From the NCBI RefSeq assembly GCF_009914755.1, contig NC_060939.1: DNA of 64,000 nucleotides; one strand, written 5' to 3'. Position 1 is the stretch's first letter. Each line of letters starts with the position of its first letter. The notes under the pieces are model-generated. The model was not told the DNA's origin. It searched no databases and saw only the letters and a program-made list of their open reading frames with translations. This document shows, in pieces, positions 1-18,596 of the stretch. The translations under genes and the position numbers were made by a program. Source of the DNA: the human T2T-CHM13v2.0 reference genome, Homo sapiens.

Positions 1-1085
1 ATGGATATATCCTTATCATGATAAACCATGTATATACCTCATACTAAAATCACTGATTTATTTAATGAGGAAACACTAGAGACATTCCTACTAAGGTTAG
101 GAACAAGGCAAACATTTTCTTAGCTCTATTATTACTTAATATATTAACCAATGCAATCATGTAAGAGGAAAGAACTGGAGGCATAAAACCTGAAAAAGAA
201 GAACTATCTCTGTTTGCAGATGACAAAATGGTACATCTGGAAAACCCTAGAGAGCAAAATTGTAAAATAGTTGGTAAAACCACCACAAAAAATAAAAGAA
301 TTCTGCAAGACAGCAGGTTATAAAATTAATAGAGCAATTAATAGATTTCATATGTTGCATATAATATATAAATTGCACATATGAAGTTAAAAGATGAATT
401 GTTTCTCACCAGGTAGTCACAGAGAAGACCGAGGAGACTCTTGAGAAAGCTTCCTGTTCCTGGTGGTATAGGTCACTTCTCCCCTATCCCTCCCTTGTCC
501 CTCACCATCCATGGGAAAAAACTTAAAATGTGGGGATGGAGGAGTGCCAACAGTGTCATCCTTATGAGAAAGGGAAGTTAAAATTCTCGCAAAATAGCCC
601 CCATTCTAAACACAAGGTAACACTAGAATTTGAAGTCTGTTATATAATGAGAATAACCATTGCAATGTTAAATCTCAAATCAAACTCAACTCCTGACTAG
701 ATTAATAGAACCCCCACATTAAAGACCTAGAAGGAAAGTTGTGCTCATTTCCAAGTATGAAAATTATTTACCTCTGTCACTACTGTTAAATGTTTGTTTT
801 TAAACAAAAACTCTGAGCCATATGAGAAAGCAAGAGATGTTGGAACTATCGGACAGGGAACTTAAAATTGTAATGATTAGTGTGTTAAAGGCTCTAAAGG
901 AAAAGCCGGTAACATACAAGATCAGGTGGATAATTCAGCAGAGAGGTGGAAACTGTATGAAAGAATCAACTGGTGATACTAGAAATGAAAAACACAGTGA
1001 GAGAGATGAAGAATGCCTTTGACTGGCTCATCAGTAGACTAGACACAGTGAAGATAAGAATCAACATGAAGTTGAACATAAGTCA

Positions 1086-1436
<351 letters not shown>

Positions 1437-2708
1437 AAAACAAACCAGTTCATCTAAGAGCTGTGGGACAATACCAAATGATGCAATATATGCATTATAC
1501 AAATCCCAAGAGGAGAAGAGAAAGAGAATAAGGGGAAGAAATATTTGAGAAATGTTGGCTGGGAATTTTTCCAAAAATAATGACAGACACCAAGCCATAG
1601 ATTCAAGAAGCTTAGATAACACCAAGCAGGAAAGAAAGAGAGAGAAAGGAGGAAGAAAAGGGAGGAAGAAGGAAAGAAGGAAGAGAGAAACCACACTTAC
1701 GTATGTCATATTCAAGTTTCCAAAAACAAAAAACAAAGAAAAGACCCTGAAGACAGCCAGAGAAAAAGGACATGTTACATACAGAGAAACAAAGATGAGA
1801 ATTGCAGTGCACTTCACCTCAGAAGCCATGCAAGCCAGATTACAATAAAGTGACATGTTTAAACTACAGAAAGACAAAACTGTCATCCCAGCATTCTATA
1901 TTCAGCAAAATATCTTTAAAAAATGAAGAAGACATACTTTCTCAGATAAATAAAAACTGAGAAAATTTTCTACTAGCAGCCCTGCAATATAAGAAATGTT
2001 AAAGGAATTTCTTCTGGCAGAAAAAAATACGATACCAACAGAATCTTGAATTTACAGAAAAACATAAAGCATTCTGGAAATGAAGCAAATGTACATAAAA
2101 TAAAGTCTATTTAAAAATTTTCTTAATTTTAATTGCTCTAAAAGACAACGGTCTCAAGCAAACTATAAGATCAGTGTATCATGTGTTTATAGCATATGGA
2201 AAAGTAAAATGTGTGACAATAGCAGAAAGGATGGAGGAAATAATTGAGAATATAACAATAAGCTCCTTATACTACATGTGAAATGGAATAATATTGGGAG
2301 GTAGACTCTGATTAATAAAAATATGTATATTATAAAACCCAGGAAAACCACCAAAAGTATAAAGAAGAGTTATAAATAATAAGGCAATAATGGGGATCAA
2401 ATTGAACAATAAAAAGTCTTCAGCAACCCAAAAGACTGCATTAAAAAAAGGAAAGATAAAAAAGTACAGAGGGACCAAAAAGAAAACAGGTAGCAAGATG
2501 AAAGATTTTAATCAAAATCTATCAATAATCAATTTAAATTGAGAGGGACTAAACGCATCAATTAAAAAACAGAGACCAAGTGGCAGAATAAAAAGGCAAT
2601 CCAAATTGTTTGTTGTCAACAAGAAACTTGCTTTAAATATAAAGATATAAATGAGTTAAACTAAAAAGATGGAAAAAGATATACCATGCAGACAGTAAAC
2701 ACCAACCA

Positions 2709-2733
2709 ACACACACACACACACACACACACA
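2709..2733. repeat. (CA)n microsatellite
   Basis: Direct dinucleotide run. Confidence 0.95.
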
Positions 2734-3440
2734 CCCCTATAACATCAAAGTAAAATTCAGAATGAGAAATATCATCAGAGATAAAGGAGGACATAATGTA
2801 ATAATGAGTCAGTTTTCCAAAAAGCCACAACAATCCTAAACATGTATATGCCTAACAACAGAGTTCAAAATACATAAACTAAAAGTGAATCGAACTGAAG
2901 GGAAAAATGAACAAATACACAATTAGGCTGTAGATCTCCGGCCATACTGACCAGTATCAGGAATAAAAAAGTGGACATCATTACAGACCCCTATAGACAC
3001 TGAAAAGATAATGTGAAAATGCTTCAAATAAGCAGAGTAAAATGGATCAATTCCTTAAAAGATATGATCAAAACTCACTGAAGAAAAAAACCAGTCTTCT
3101 ATCTATAAAGAAATTAGAAATTGATTTTATGGTTAAAAGCTTTCTATATAGAGAATGCCATGCCCAGAAGTGTTTGCAGGTTAGTTCTAAAAACATTTAA
3201 GGCAGAAATAATACCAATTTTACACAATCTCTTCCAGAAAATAGAACTCATCTTATCAGTCCAGTATTCCAATGAGATGAAGAAAACTACAAGCTGTTAT
3301 CCTTCACAATTATAGATGCAACAATCATCAATATAAATTAACATATTGAATCCAGCAATATATAAATCTTTTTTTTCTGTTTCAGTTGATGCTGCTATAA
3401 AGTCAACAATATATTACAATCTAGTGTGTGTATCCCATGA

Positions 3441-3812
<372 letters not shown>

Positions 3813-4104
3813 CAAACAAAAATTTTTTAAAAAAGAAAACCATATGATTATAGAAGTATAAAGAGTACTTTACAGTATTCACAATCTATTTATGATGAAA
3901 AAATAAACTCTCAATCCAATCTGTCAATCTATTTGAAATAAATAGGACATTTCTTTATATGAAAACAGGTAGGTACAAAAAACCAAAGCTAGCATCATAT
4001 TTGGTTGTGAAAGACTCAATATGTCTACCCAAGGATCAGACACAAGTCAAGGATGTCCTCTTTTACTACTCCTATTCAACATTGTGCTGGAAATCATAGC
4101 TAGC

Positions 4105-4467
4105 TGCTATGGTCTAAATGTTAGTGTCTCCCAGGAAGTTATATATTGAAACTGAATTCCCCAATGTAATTATGTTAAGAGGTGGGCCTTTGGGAGGGGA
4201 TTAGGTCATGAAGCTTTCTCCTCTCCTCAGTGGGATTAGCGCCCTTATAAAAAAGGCTCAAGGGAGCTTGTTTGCTTCTTTCACCATGTGAGAACACAGC
4301 TAGAAGCTGCCATCTTTGAAAAAAAGGAGCTTTTGCCAGACACCAAATGTGCTAGCACCTTGATCTTAGACTTTCTAATTACCAGAACTGTGAGCAATAA
4401 TTTTGTGTTGTTTGTAAGTTATCTGGTCTATGGTAATTTGTTACTGCAGCCTGAATGGGCTAAAACA
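4105..4467 (+). mobile_element. MaLR solo LTR (MLT1A/MST-like)
   Basis: Starts tgctatggtctaaatgt and ends gggctaaaaca. Contains the typical ccttgatcttagacttt...ccagaactgtgag block. Confidence 0.85.
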
Positions 4468-4744
4468 CCAGTGTAACATGGCAAGACAAGACATAAAATA
4501 TCGTAGTTTGTAAAGGAATAATTTGCCTCTAGTAACAGATGACATGATTGTACATGCGGAAAAGTCCAAAAAAAAACCACTATGAAAAAAAAACACTTCT
4601 AGAATTAATAAAAGAGTTTAGCTAGGATACAAGGATACAAGTTTAATAAACAAAAATTAATTGATTTGCTACTAGTCATGCACAACTGCAATTAAAAATT
4701 TTAAAATCACCACTTTAAAAAGCAAAGAAGAGGAGGAACTTCTA

Positions 4745-7700
4745 CATGTTTAGGTGTCACTGAAAGAAAAACTTATCATGTTCCACACCTCCAGCTCGTG
4801 ATTTCTTCTTAAAAATTTTGCCCGATTGGAGACGAAGGCCATAAAACAGATAGCTTCCAATCTCTTCTCATTGGAATTGACTTCTTGTGCAACAGAATGT
4901 GGAGAAGTTTAAACCCAAGGGCCTCTAGAGAACAGTGCAAGTTGTAGTGAAAGGTATCTGAAAGGAGATTCATGAATTTATGAAGAGAAAGCCTAAACCA
5001 GGCTGGATAGTTTTCAGGACAGAACTGAGGAACAAGACAGTTGGGAGGAGCACTTCTGAGTTCCTGGGGAAAAATATGAAGCTTAGACCTCAGAAACGGT
5101 TCCTTCAAAGGAATCACAATTTGATCGGATGTCTTTGCAGAGGCATCAATGCCCCAGGGCACTCTTGAAAACAAAAGAACAATCATTGAGCAATTAGTGG
5201 TTTCACATCTGGATGTGGCCAGAGACAGAAAGAGAGTGCTAACAATACCACAGTCAGCTCATTATTCAAGTTGAAGAACAGAGAGAAAATGAATAGACAA
5301 AAAAAAAAAAAAAAAAAAAACAAAAAAACCAGCCTCAGAGATATGCGGGACACCATTAAACATAACAACATATATATAACCATGTACCAGAAGGAGAGGA
5401 GAGAAAGGAGAAAAAAGTATTCAAAGAAATAATGGCAGAAAACTTCTCAAATTTATTGAAAACAACAACCTACTCATTCAGAAAGGTCAATCAACTCCAA
5501 ACAGGATAAATTAGAAAAGATTTACGAACAAAAACATCATGGTGAAAACCAAAGACAAGCAAAAATCTTAAAGGCAGCAAGAGAAAAATGACATATCCCT
5601 TAAAAGAGAACCCCAAATACATTAGCAGCTGACTTTTCATAACAAAACACAGGTCAGAAGGCAGTGAAATAACATATTTGAAGTGTTCAAAGAAAAAAAT
5701 CATCAAGGAAGAATCCTATATACATCACAGCTATATTTGAAAAATGAAGGCAAAATAAAGAAATGCTTAGGTTAAAAAACAAAACAAAACAAAAACCCAG
5801 AGAATTTCTTGCTATTAGGCCTGCCTTCAAGAAATACTAAAAAAAATTCTTCAGGTTGAAAACAAGTTACCTTAAATGGTAATTTGAATCCACAGAATTT
5901 GTTCCACAGAAACAAAGAGTATCAGTGAAAGTTACTGTCTTTTAAAAAGACACTATAAATGCATATTTTCTCTTTTGTCTCATACTTATTTTAAAAGCAA
6001 TTATACAGAATAATATGTATATCATGCATTGTTGAGCCTATAACATATATGTGAAATATATTTGCCAATAACGTCACAAAGGTGGTAAGTGGGAGTAAAC
6101 ATGTAATGGGCTAAGAAAATGATTATAACAATGTATCATTGAGTTTGTAAAATTAATAGATGTAATGCATATAAAAATAATACCACAGAAATGGGGGACA
6201 TGGAACAGGGCTGTATAGGAATAGTGTTCTTAATAGATCACTGGAATTAAACTAGTTTAAGTCTCAAGGTGATTATGATCAGTTAAATATATATGGTAGG
6301 CCCTAGAGCAACCACTAAAAAATGACATAAAAATATAGTGGGAAAAATCCTAATGAAATTAAAATGCTACATTAGAAAATATTTACTTAATGCAGAAAAA
6401 GCAGTAAAGCAGCAATGGAAGAACAGAAAAAACACAGGACATATGTAAGACAAAAATAAAATAGACATAAATCTAATTATATCAATAATATCAAATGCGA
6501 GAGCGAATTAAACATTTCTCAAAAGGCAAAAATTGTCATACTGAATTACAAAAAACATGCTTCTACTTACTATATGTTGTCTGCAAGAAAGACACTTTTA
6601 ATTCAAAGATACAAATAGATTGACAGTAAAAAGATGGAAAAAGATATGTCATGAAAACAGCAACCATAGGAAAGCTGGAGAGGCTACAGTAATAGACAAA
6701 ATATACTTTAAAACAAAATATGTTGCTGGACATCAGTGGGAATACTTTATAACAGTAAAAGGATTAACCCATCAGGAAAATATACCAATTATAAATATAT
6801 ATTCAGCTAATAACAGAGCACCAATACATGGAAAAAACTGACAGAAATGAAGAAATAAATAGACATTTCAATATCCTCTCTCAATGATAGAATGATTAGA
6901 CAGAAGATCAATAAAGAAGTAGAAGAAGACTTGAATGACACTATAAACCAACTACACCTAACAGACAACTATAGAACATGCTATGGTTTGGATATTTGGC
7001 CCCTCCAAATCTCATGTTGAAATTTGATCCACAATGTTGGAAGTAGGGACTAAATTGGAGGCATTTGGGTCATGGAGGTATATCCTTCATGAATGTCTTG
7101 GTGCTATCCTCATATTAATGACTGAGTTCTTATTCTATGAGTTCCCATGGGAGCTAGTTGTTTAAAATAATCTGGCACTTCCCTTCCTCCCCTCTCTGTT
7201 GCTTCCATTCTCTTGCCATGTGATCTCTGTACACGTCCGCTCCCCTTTGCCTTCTGCCGTGAGTCCATGAGTGAAAGCAGCCTATAGCTCTCACCAGAAG
7301 TAGATGTTGGTACCATGTTTCTTGTAAAGCCTGCAGAACCATGAGCTAAATAAAACTCCTTTCTTTATAAATCATCCAGCCTAAGGTATTCCTTTATAGC
7401 AACACAAATGAACTAAGACAGAACATTCCACTGAATTATGACAAAATGCATACTCTTCTCAAGTGTACATAAAACATTCTCCAGACCATACGCTAAACCA
7501 TAAAGCATACCTCAATAAATTTAACAGAATTGAAATAATACAAAATATGTTCTCTGACCACAATGGAATGAAATTAGAAATTTATAGCAGGAAAATAATT
7601 TGGTAAACTCAGAGATATGTGGAAATTTTACAAAACACTCCTGAATAACCAATAGGACAAAGAAAAAATAAAAAGGGAAGTCAGAAAATAGATTGATGTG

Positions 7701-8900
7701 AGTGAAAACGAAGATACGACATCCCCAAAGTAAAGGAATGCGAGTAAAGCAGTGCTTAGAGGGAAATTTATAGCTGTAAATACCTATGTTAAAAAAGAAA
7801 AAAGATCTTAAATCAATACTCTAACCTTTCACCTTAAGAGACTGGAAACTAAACCCAAAGCAAGCCAAAGGAAGAAAATAATAAAGATTAGAATAGAAAT
7901 CAATGAAATAGAGAATAAAAAACAATAGATGGACAATAAAAATAATAGAAAAAATTGATAAAACCAAAAGCTGGTTCTTTATAAACATCTACAAAATTGA
8001 TAAATATTTAATTTTTAGGTTGAAATTTTCAGCTTCTAGGTTGAACAAGAAAAAAAAAGAGGGCTCAAATTACTAGAATCAGGAATAAAAGAGGAGACAT
8101 TACTACCGACTTTACAGAAGTAAAAGGGATTTTAAAGAAATGCTATGAACAATTGTATGCCAACAAGTTACGTAACAACAAATTGGATAAAACTGACAAA
8201 TTTCTAGAAAGATACAAACTACCAAAACTGATTACACAAGAAATAAACAATCCGAATATACCTATAAGAAGCAAAGTAATAAAAAACTACCCACTAAGAA
8301 AATCTTAGGCCCAGAATACTTCATCACTGAATTCTACCAAGCATTTAAAGGAGAATTAATGCTAATATCTCACATTAAAAAAGGGGTGGGAACACTCTCC
8401 AACTCATTATGAAGCCATTATTATCCTTATACAAATACCACAGAAGACATTACAAGAAAACTACAGAGCAATATCTGTTATGAATACAGATATAAAAAAT
8501 TCTAAACAAAATAATAGCAAACCAAATTCAGCAATATATAAAAAGAATTATACACCATGACCAAGTGATATTTACAGCAGAGATGTAAGGTTGACTTAAC
8601 ATTTTAAAAATAATTAATGTAATACATCACACAATAGATTAAAAACCAAAAATTACATGAACATCTCAAAAATCATTTGAAAAACTCCAACACCTTTTCT
8701 TGAGAAAAACACTTACCAAACTAAAAACAAGGAAACTTCTTTAATTAGATAAAGGCATTTATAAAACACCCATATCAAATATCATACTTAATAGTGAAAG
8801 GAAAAATGGACCAAAATACTCTCAAAGGAATCAAGAAAAGAGAGAAAAATTAACATAGAACAAATGAGACAAATAGCATCATTGAGATGGTAGCTTTAAA
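4745..8900 (+). mobile_element. Old L1 (L1M) 5' region, ORF1 and ORF2 endonuclease/RT remnants
   Basis: ORF1-like aaaatcttaaaggcagcaagagaaaa (~5562). Endonuclease-like KRWKKICHENSNHRKAGEATVIDKIYFK (ORF 6620..6841). Degenerate throughout. Confidence 0.85.
6979..7420 (+). mobile_element. MST (MSTB-like) MaLR solo LTR inserted in L1
   Basis: Runs tgctatggtttgga...aactaagaca. Perfect 5-bp TSD gaaca at 6974-6978 and 7421-7425. Confidence 0.92.
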
Positions 8901-9322
8901 TTGAGATATATTAGAAATTTCATTAACTTGTGTGTTGCATGTTTGCTTTGTCATGAACTGTTAATATGTTTCCTAGAGTTCGAATGTGTCCCTCAAAGTT
9001 CATGTGTTGGAAACTTACTCCCCAATGTAAAGCATTGAGAGGTGGAGCCTTTAAGAGGTGATTAGGTTATGGAGTGCTCTGCCCTAATACATGAATTAAT
9101 GGCAATGTTATGAGTAATTATCGTGATTAGTTATCATGAAAGTGGGTTCCTTACAAAAGGATGAGTTTGGTTTGCCCCCTTCTCCCTCTCTCATCCATGT
9201 GATGCCTTCTACCACATTATGAAGCAGCAAAAAGGCAATCACAAGATGCTGACCCCTTGATCTTGGACTTCCAAGCCTCCAGAACTATGAGAAATAAATT
9301 TCTTTTTAAAATAAATTATCTA

Positions 9323-9956
<634 letters not shown>

Positions 9957-10868
9957 TTCTGGTATTCTGTTACAGCAGCACAAAATGGACTAAGACAATA
10001 TTAAATGATCCAATTAAAGTAAAAAGTTTGTTAAAGTGTATTAAAAACCTAACAAACTTTACCTTTTTTTTAAATGACAAAGTGCACATTCAACACACAA
10101 GGATACAGGGAGCTTGTGAATAAGAGAACTAAAAAAGATTTACTGTGCAAACACTAACCAAAACCCACCTCTATATATAAAAAGACAAAATAGAGCCTAT
10201 GACAGAGCTTTACTTCTAAGTAACTCAAGGTTTAAAGAAGAACTGTAATTAAAAATTTACACTTAATTACATAAAAGCTCTCCATATACTGTATATCAAA
10301 TCTTGTTGGAAGCAGCTAAAGTTGTACTTTAGAGGATTTTTTTTAGCCTTCAAACATAAAAAGAGAGAATAAAGGCTGAAAGAGCGATTATCTATTTGAA
10401 GAAATTAGGAAAACAAAATATCCATTTGAAGAAATCAGAGAAAAAGTATATTAAATCTAAAGAAAGTAGAGTGAAAGACACAGGGATGACAAGAACAGAA
10501 ATTAATGACATAGAAAACAAACATAAATAAAAGGAATTGACCAAACCAAAAGTTGCTTCTTTGCAAAAATTAATGAGATGATATACTTTAGTAACAGTGT
10601 TCAAGGACAAAAACAAAGAGTGCACAAATAACACTATCAAGAATGAAAGAGGACTATCACTATCAATCCCACAAATAATAATATGAAAAGTAGAGGACAT
10701 ACTGAACAACTCAACACCACAAAACTGTGAAAGATAGTTAACTGAAAAAATGCTAATTACAGAAACAAACACAGTAGAAATAGTACTAAATAAATTTAAT
10801 CAGTAAGCAAAATTTTTTTCTACAAAAATTTTTATACAAAGCTACCATGGCTTTCCTAGCAGGATTTA

Positions 10869-11225
10869 TGTATCAGTCCATTTTTGTGTTGCTATAAAGA
10901 AATACTCAAGAATGAGTAATTTATAATGAAAAAATATTTAGGTTTGGTGTGGTGGCTCACATCTGTGATCCTAGCACTTTGGGAGACCAAGGCTAGAAGA
11001 TCCCTTGTGCTCAGGAGTCTGAGACCAGCCTGGGCAACATAGAGAGACCCTGTCTCTAAAAATACATACATATATACAAACATAAATAAGAAAGGAGATC
11101 TAATTGGCTCACAGTTCTGCAGCTGTACAGGAAGCTTGGTGCTGGCATCTGCTTCTGGTGAGGGCCTCAAGATGCATACAATCATGGTGGAAGGCAAATG
11201 AGGAGCTGGTGTATTTCATGGTGCA
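10869..11225 (-). mobile_element. MST-type MaLR LTR fragment containing an Alu monomer (FLAM-like, ~10940-11060, +)
   Basis: tgtatcagtccatttttgtgttgctataaagaaatac...ggctcacagttctgcag, with a left-arm Alu sequence inside. Confidence 0.75.
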
Positions 11226-12236
11226 TCCCCCCAGAAAAGGCTTGAGAGGCCCCCAGAATCCCTAGCTGGGTGACTAGTGAAGATCATTCCTTGTATAAAG
11301 CCAGGCCACAAAGACTGAAGAGTTGCCTGTTTTTCAAAAGCACAAATCCCAGTAAAAAATAATAAGGCATGTGAAGAAATAGGGAAAAATGGCCCAATCA
11401 AAGGAACAAAATAAATATCCAGGAACTGACCTTAAACAAAGAGATCAATTAATGACCTGAAAAAGAATTCAAAATAATTGTCTTAAAGAACTTCAATGTG
11501 ATACAAGAGTACACAGATAGACAACTAAAAACAAATCCAGAAAACAATGCATTAACAAAGTGACAATATGATCAAAGAGACAAAAACTAAGGAAGAAAAA
11601 ACAAATAGAAATTCCAGAGCCGAAGATTGCAATAACTGAATTATAAAATTCGCTAGAAGGGTTCAATAGACAACTTGATCAAGCAGAACAAAGAATCAGT
11701 GAAGTTGAAGACAGATAATTTGAAATGATCAAGTCACAGGAACAAAAAGAATAAAGGATTAGTAAAAGTGAAGAAAGCATAAGGGACTTATGAAAAATCA
11801 TCAAGCCTATCAATATACATGTTATAGGAGTTAAAAAGAAGAAAGAGAGCAAAGGGCAGAGAGCTTATTTGAAGAAATAATGGCCCAAACTTCCAAATCT
11901 AAGGAAGAAAATGGACATCCAAATTCTAGAAGCTCGAAGGATGCTGACAAAGAAGAACCCAAAGATGCCCACACTGAGACATATTGTAATCAAACTATCA
12001 AGGACAGTTTGATGTATCAGAAGTCAAGGATAAAGAGAGAGTCTTGAAAATAGCAAGAGAAAAGCCACTTGTATGTACAAGGGAGCTACTGTAAGATTAT
12101 CAGCTGATTTCTCAGCAGAAACATTATAGGCTGGAAAGGAGTGAGATGTTATATTCAAAGTGCTGGAAGAAAAAAAACCTTTTGTCAACCAAGAATATTA
12201 TAACCAACAAAACTGTTCTTCAAAAATGAAGGAGAA

Positions 12237-13293
<1,057 letters not shown>

Positions 13294-13948
13294 AAAAATG
13301 AAGGTGAAATAAAGACCTTCCCAGAAAAATAAAAGCTGAAGGTGTTTATCCACACTAAATCTACCTTACAAAAAAATGCTAAAGGGAGTTCTTCAAGTTG
13401 AAACAAAAGGACACTTGACAGCAACACAACGGCGTAAAAAATATAAAGCACTCAGTAAAGGGAGGTATATGGAAAAGTACAGAATTGTATAATATTCTAA
13501 TGGTGGTACATAAATCACATTTAATCCTGGTATAAAATTTGAAAAAGTATAAATAGAACTATAATTATCAAACTTTGTTAATGAACATAAAATATAAAAA
13601 TATGCAATTTGTGAAATAAATAACATAAAGTAGGGGAGATGTAAAATTTTTTATGTAATTGATATTAAGTTTTTGTCAGCTTAAAATAAATGGCTATAAT
13701 GATAAGGTATTATACTTAATCCCCATGGTAATCACAAAGGAAATATCTGTAGAAGATATACAGAAGAAAATGAGAAAGGAATCAAACTTGTCACTAAAAA
13801 AAAATTAACAAAACCTAATGAAAGGCAGCAAGAAAGGAAAAGGGACAAAATAACTGCAAAGTATACAAAAAACAATCAACAAAATGGCAAAGTAAGTCCT
13901 TTCCTGTCAGTAATTTTTATATGTGTAAATAAAAAGAAATAGAGGGCT

Positions 13949-14320
<372 letters not shown>

Positions 14321-14351
14321 TCACCTTAGATACAAAGATACATATAGGCTG

Positions 14352-14720
14352 TGTATTAGTCCATTCTCACAGTGTTATGAAGAAATACCCAAGACTGGGT
14401 AATTTATAAAGGAAAGAGGTTTAATTGACTCATAGTTCTTCATAGCTGGAGAGACCTCGGGAAACTTACAATCACGGTGAAAGGCAAAGGAGAAGCAGGC
14501 ACCTTCTTTTCAGGGTAGCAGGACAGAGTGAATGCAAGCAGGGGAAACGGTAGATGCTTATAAAACCATCAGATCTCCTAAGACTCACTCATTACCATGA
14601 GAATATGGGGGAAACCATCCCCATGATCAAATTACCTCCACCTGGTCCTGCCCTTGACATGTGGGGATTATTACAATTCAAGGTGAGATCTGGATGGGGA
14701 CACAGAGCCAAACCATATCA
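14352..14720 (-). mobile_element. THE1 solo LTR
   Basis: Runs tgtattagtccattctcac...gggacacagagccaaaccatatca. Perfect TSD ggctg at 14347-14351 and 14721-14725. Confidence 0.93.
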
Positions 14721-14875
14721 GGCTGCAAGTGAAAGAATGGAAAAAGGTATTACATGCAAATTGCAACCAAAAGAGAGCAGTGCTGGCCAATTTATATCAG
14801 ACAAAATAGACTCTAAGACAAAAACTGTCACAAGAGACAAAAATGAACATATAACAATAAAAGAATCAATTTTCA

Positions 14876-15170
<295 letters not shown>

Positions 15171-15199
15171 AAGAATCAATTTTCCAGTCATATAACAAT

Positions 15200-15532
15200 T
15201 ACATATATATACGTATATATATGTATATGTATACGTATATATACGTATATATATGTATATGTATACGTATATATACGTATATATACGTATATGTATACGT
15301 ATATATACGTATATATACGTATATATACGTATATGTATACGTATATATACGTATATATACGTATATATACGTATATATATGTATATATACGTATATATAT
15401 GTATATATATATACGTATATATACGTATATATACGTATATATATACGTATATATACGTATATATACGTATATATATACGTATATATACGTATATATACGT
15501 ATATATATACATATATACGTATATATATATAT
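15200..15532. repeat. Compound (TA)n/TATACGTA tandem repeat, ~330 bp
   Basis: Mostly 10-12-nt units such as ATATATACGT with ATGT variants. Continuous purine-pyrimidine alternation. Confidence 0.97.
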
Positions 15533-15683
15533 CAGTAGCTCACTCAAATATATGAAGCAAATGTTGAAAGAATTGAAGGGACAAATAGGCAGTAACACAG
15601 TAATAGAAGGAGATTTTAATACCTTGCTTTCAATAATGCATAGAATAACCAGACAGAAGATTAATAAAGAAACAGATAACTTG

Positions 15684-15989
<306 letters not shown>

Positions 15990-17206
15990 TTATAGACCAG
16001 TTGGACCTACAGACATATACAGAATACTCTAAGAACTACAGAATAAATGTTCTCTCAAACTCACATGGAACATTCTTCAGGATAGATCACATGTTAGGCC
16101 ACAAAACAAATCTTAAATTTAAGAAAATTGAAATCATACCAACTGTCTTTTCTGATTTTGTTGGAATAAAACTAGAAATCAATAGCAAAAGGAAAACGGG
16201 TAGATCACAAATATGGGGAAATTAAACAATACACTCTTGAACAACTAATAGATCAATGAAGAAATCACGAGAGAAATTGGGAAGTGTTTTGAGACAAATG
16301 CCAACAAATTTGATAGCCTAGAAGAAATAGAGAAATCTCTAGAAACATACAACCTACCAATATTGAATCGTGAAGAAATAAAAAATCTGAACAGATTTAA
16401 AGCTAGTAGAGAGATTAAATCACTAACCAAAAACTTTCCCACCTAGAAAAGCCCAGGACCAGGTGGCTTCACTGGAGAATTCTACCAAACACTTAAAAAA
16501 GAATTAATATAAATTATTTGCAAACTTTTTAAAAAATTGAAGAAAAAGGAATTTGATGAGACCAACATTACTCTGATTCCAAAATTAGACAAAGATACTA
16601 CAGGTAAAGAAAACTACAAACATCCCTGATTAATATTGATGCAAAAATCCTCAACAAAATACTAGCAAACCAAATTCGATGACACATTAAAAGGTTTATA
16701 CACCATGACCAAGTGGGATTTATTCCTGGAATACAAGGATGGTTTAACATATGAAAATCAACAATGTAATATCACATTAAAAGAATGGAGGACACTATGT
16801 TCCAACTGTTCTATATATATGTAAGTAAAAAAAGAAAAAAGAATGAAGGACAAAAACCACATGATCATTTCAATTGATGCAGAAAAAGCCTTAGAAAAAA
16901 ATTCTACACCCTTTCATGATAAAAACACCTGACAAACTATCAATAGAAAGATATTATCTGACCATATTAAAGTGTATACAAAAAGCCCACAGCCAACATC
17001 AAACTCAGTGGTGAAAAACTGAAAGCTTTATCTCTAAGGTTAGGGACAAGGCAAAGATGCCCATTCTTGCCACTTCTATTCAACATAGTAATGGAAGTTC
17101 AGCTAGAGGAATTAGACAAGAAGAAAGAAACTAAAGGCATCTAAATCTGAATAGAAGAAGTAAAAATACTTCTGTTTATAATATTATATGTAGAAAATTC
17201 TAGAGA

Positions 17207-17209
<3 letters not shown>

Positions 17210-17249
<40 letters not shown>
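17210..17249. repeat. (CA)n microsatellite, about 20 units
   Basis: Direct dinucleotide run. Confidence 0.95.
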
Positions 17250-17251
<2 letters not shown>

Positions 17252-17938
17252 GCTCTTAGAACTAAAGAACAAATTTAGCAAAGTTGCAGGGTACAAAAAT
17301 CAACACATGAAATTAGTTTTATTTCTATATCTAACAATGAACAATTTAAAAAGAAAATTAGGAAAACATCCCATTTACAAGAGCATTGAAAAAAATAATA
17401 TACTCAGGAATAAGCTTAATCAAGGAGGTGAAAGACTTATATACTGAAAACTACAAAACATTGCTGAAAGAAATTAAAGAAGATATAAATGCATGTAAAG
17501 ATATTTCACATTTATAGATTAGAAGACTCAATGCTGTTAAATGTTCATACTACCCAAAGAAATTTGCAGATCCACTGCAATACTTATCAAAATCCAATGA
17601 CATCTTTGAAGAAATAGAAAAAATTTTCTAAAATGTATATGGAATCCTAAAGAATCCTAAGGAATAGCCCAAATAATTCTGTAAAAGAAAACAAAACTGA
17701 AAATCTCACACTTCCCAATTCAAAATACTACTCTGACAGTGATCAGAATAGTATGATACTGGCATAAAGACCTATAGACCAATAGAATATAAGAGAGATC
17801 CCAGAAATAAATTTTCACATATGTGGTCAAATGATGTTTGAGGAAGGCAAGACCATAACCAAAGCCTGCTTTCTGGAATAGTACCAATGCCAGTGTGGAA
17901 GATCTGTGGGCCTTATTGATGAATATAAAGATTTCAGT

Positions 17939-18596
<658 letters not shown>

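Noticed and set aside
4745-5230. Less A-rich segment with short ORFs that might be a third retrocopy
   Set aside because: No recognisable protein, poly(A) tail or TSD. It runs directly into L1 ORF1 and is best read as an old L1 5' region.
15200-15532. CRISPR-like or coded array
   Set aside because: No unique spacers, no cas genes, and the DNA is human; it is a simple compound microsatellite.
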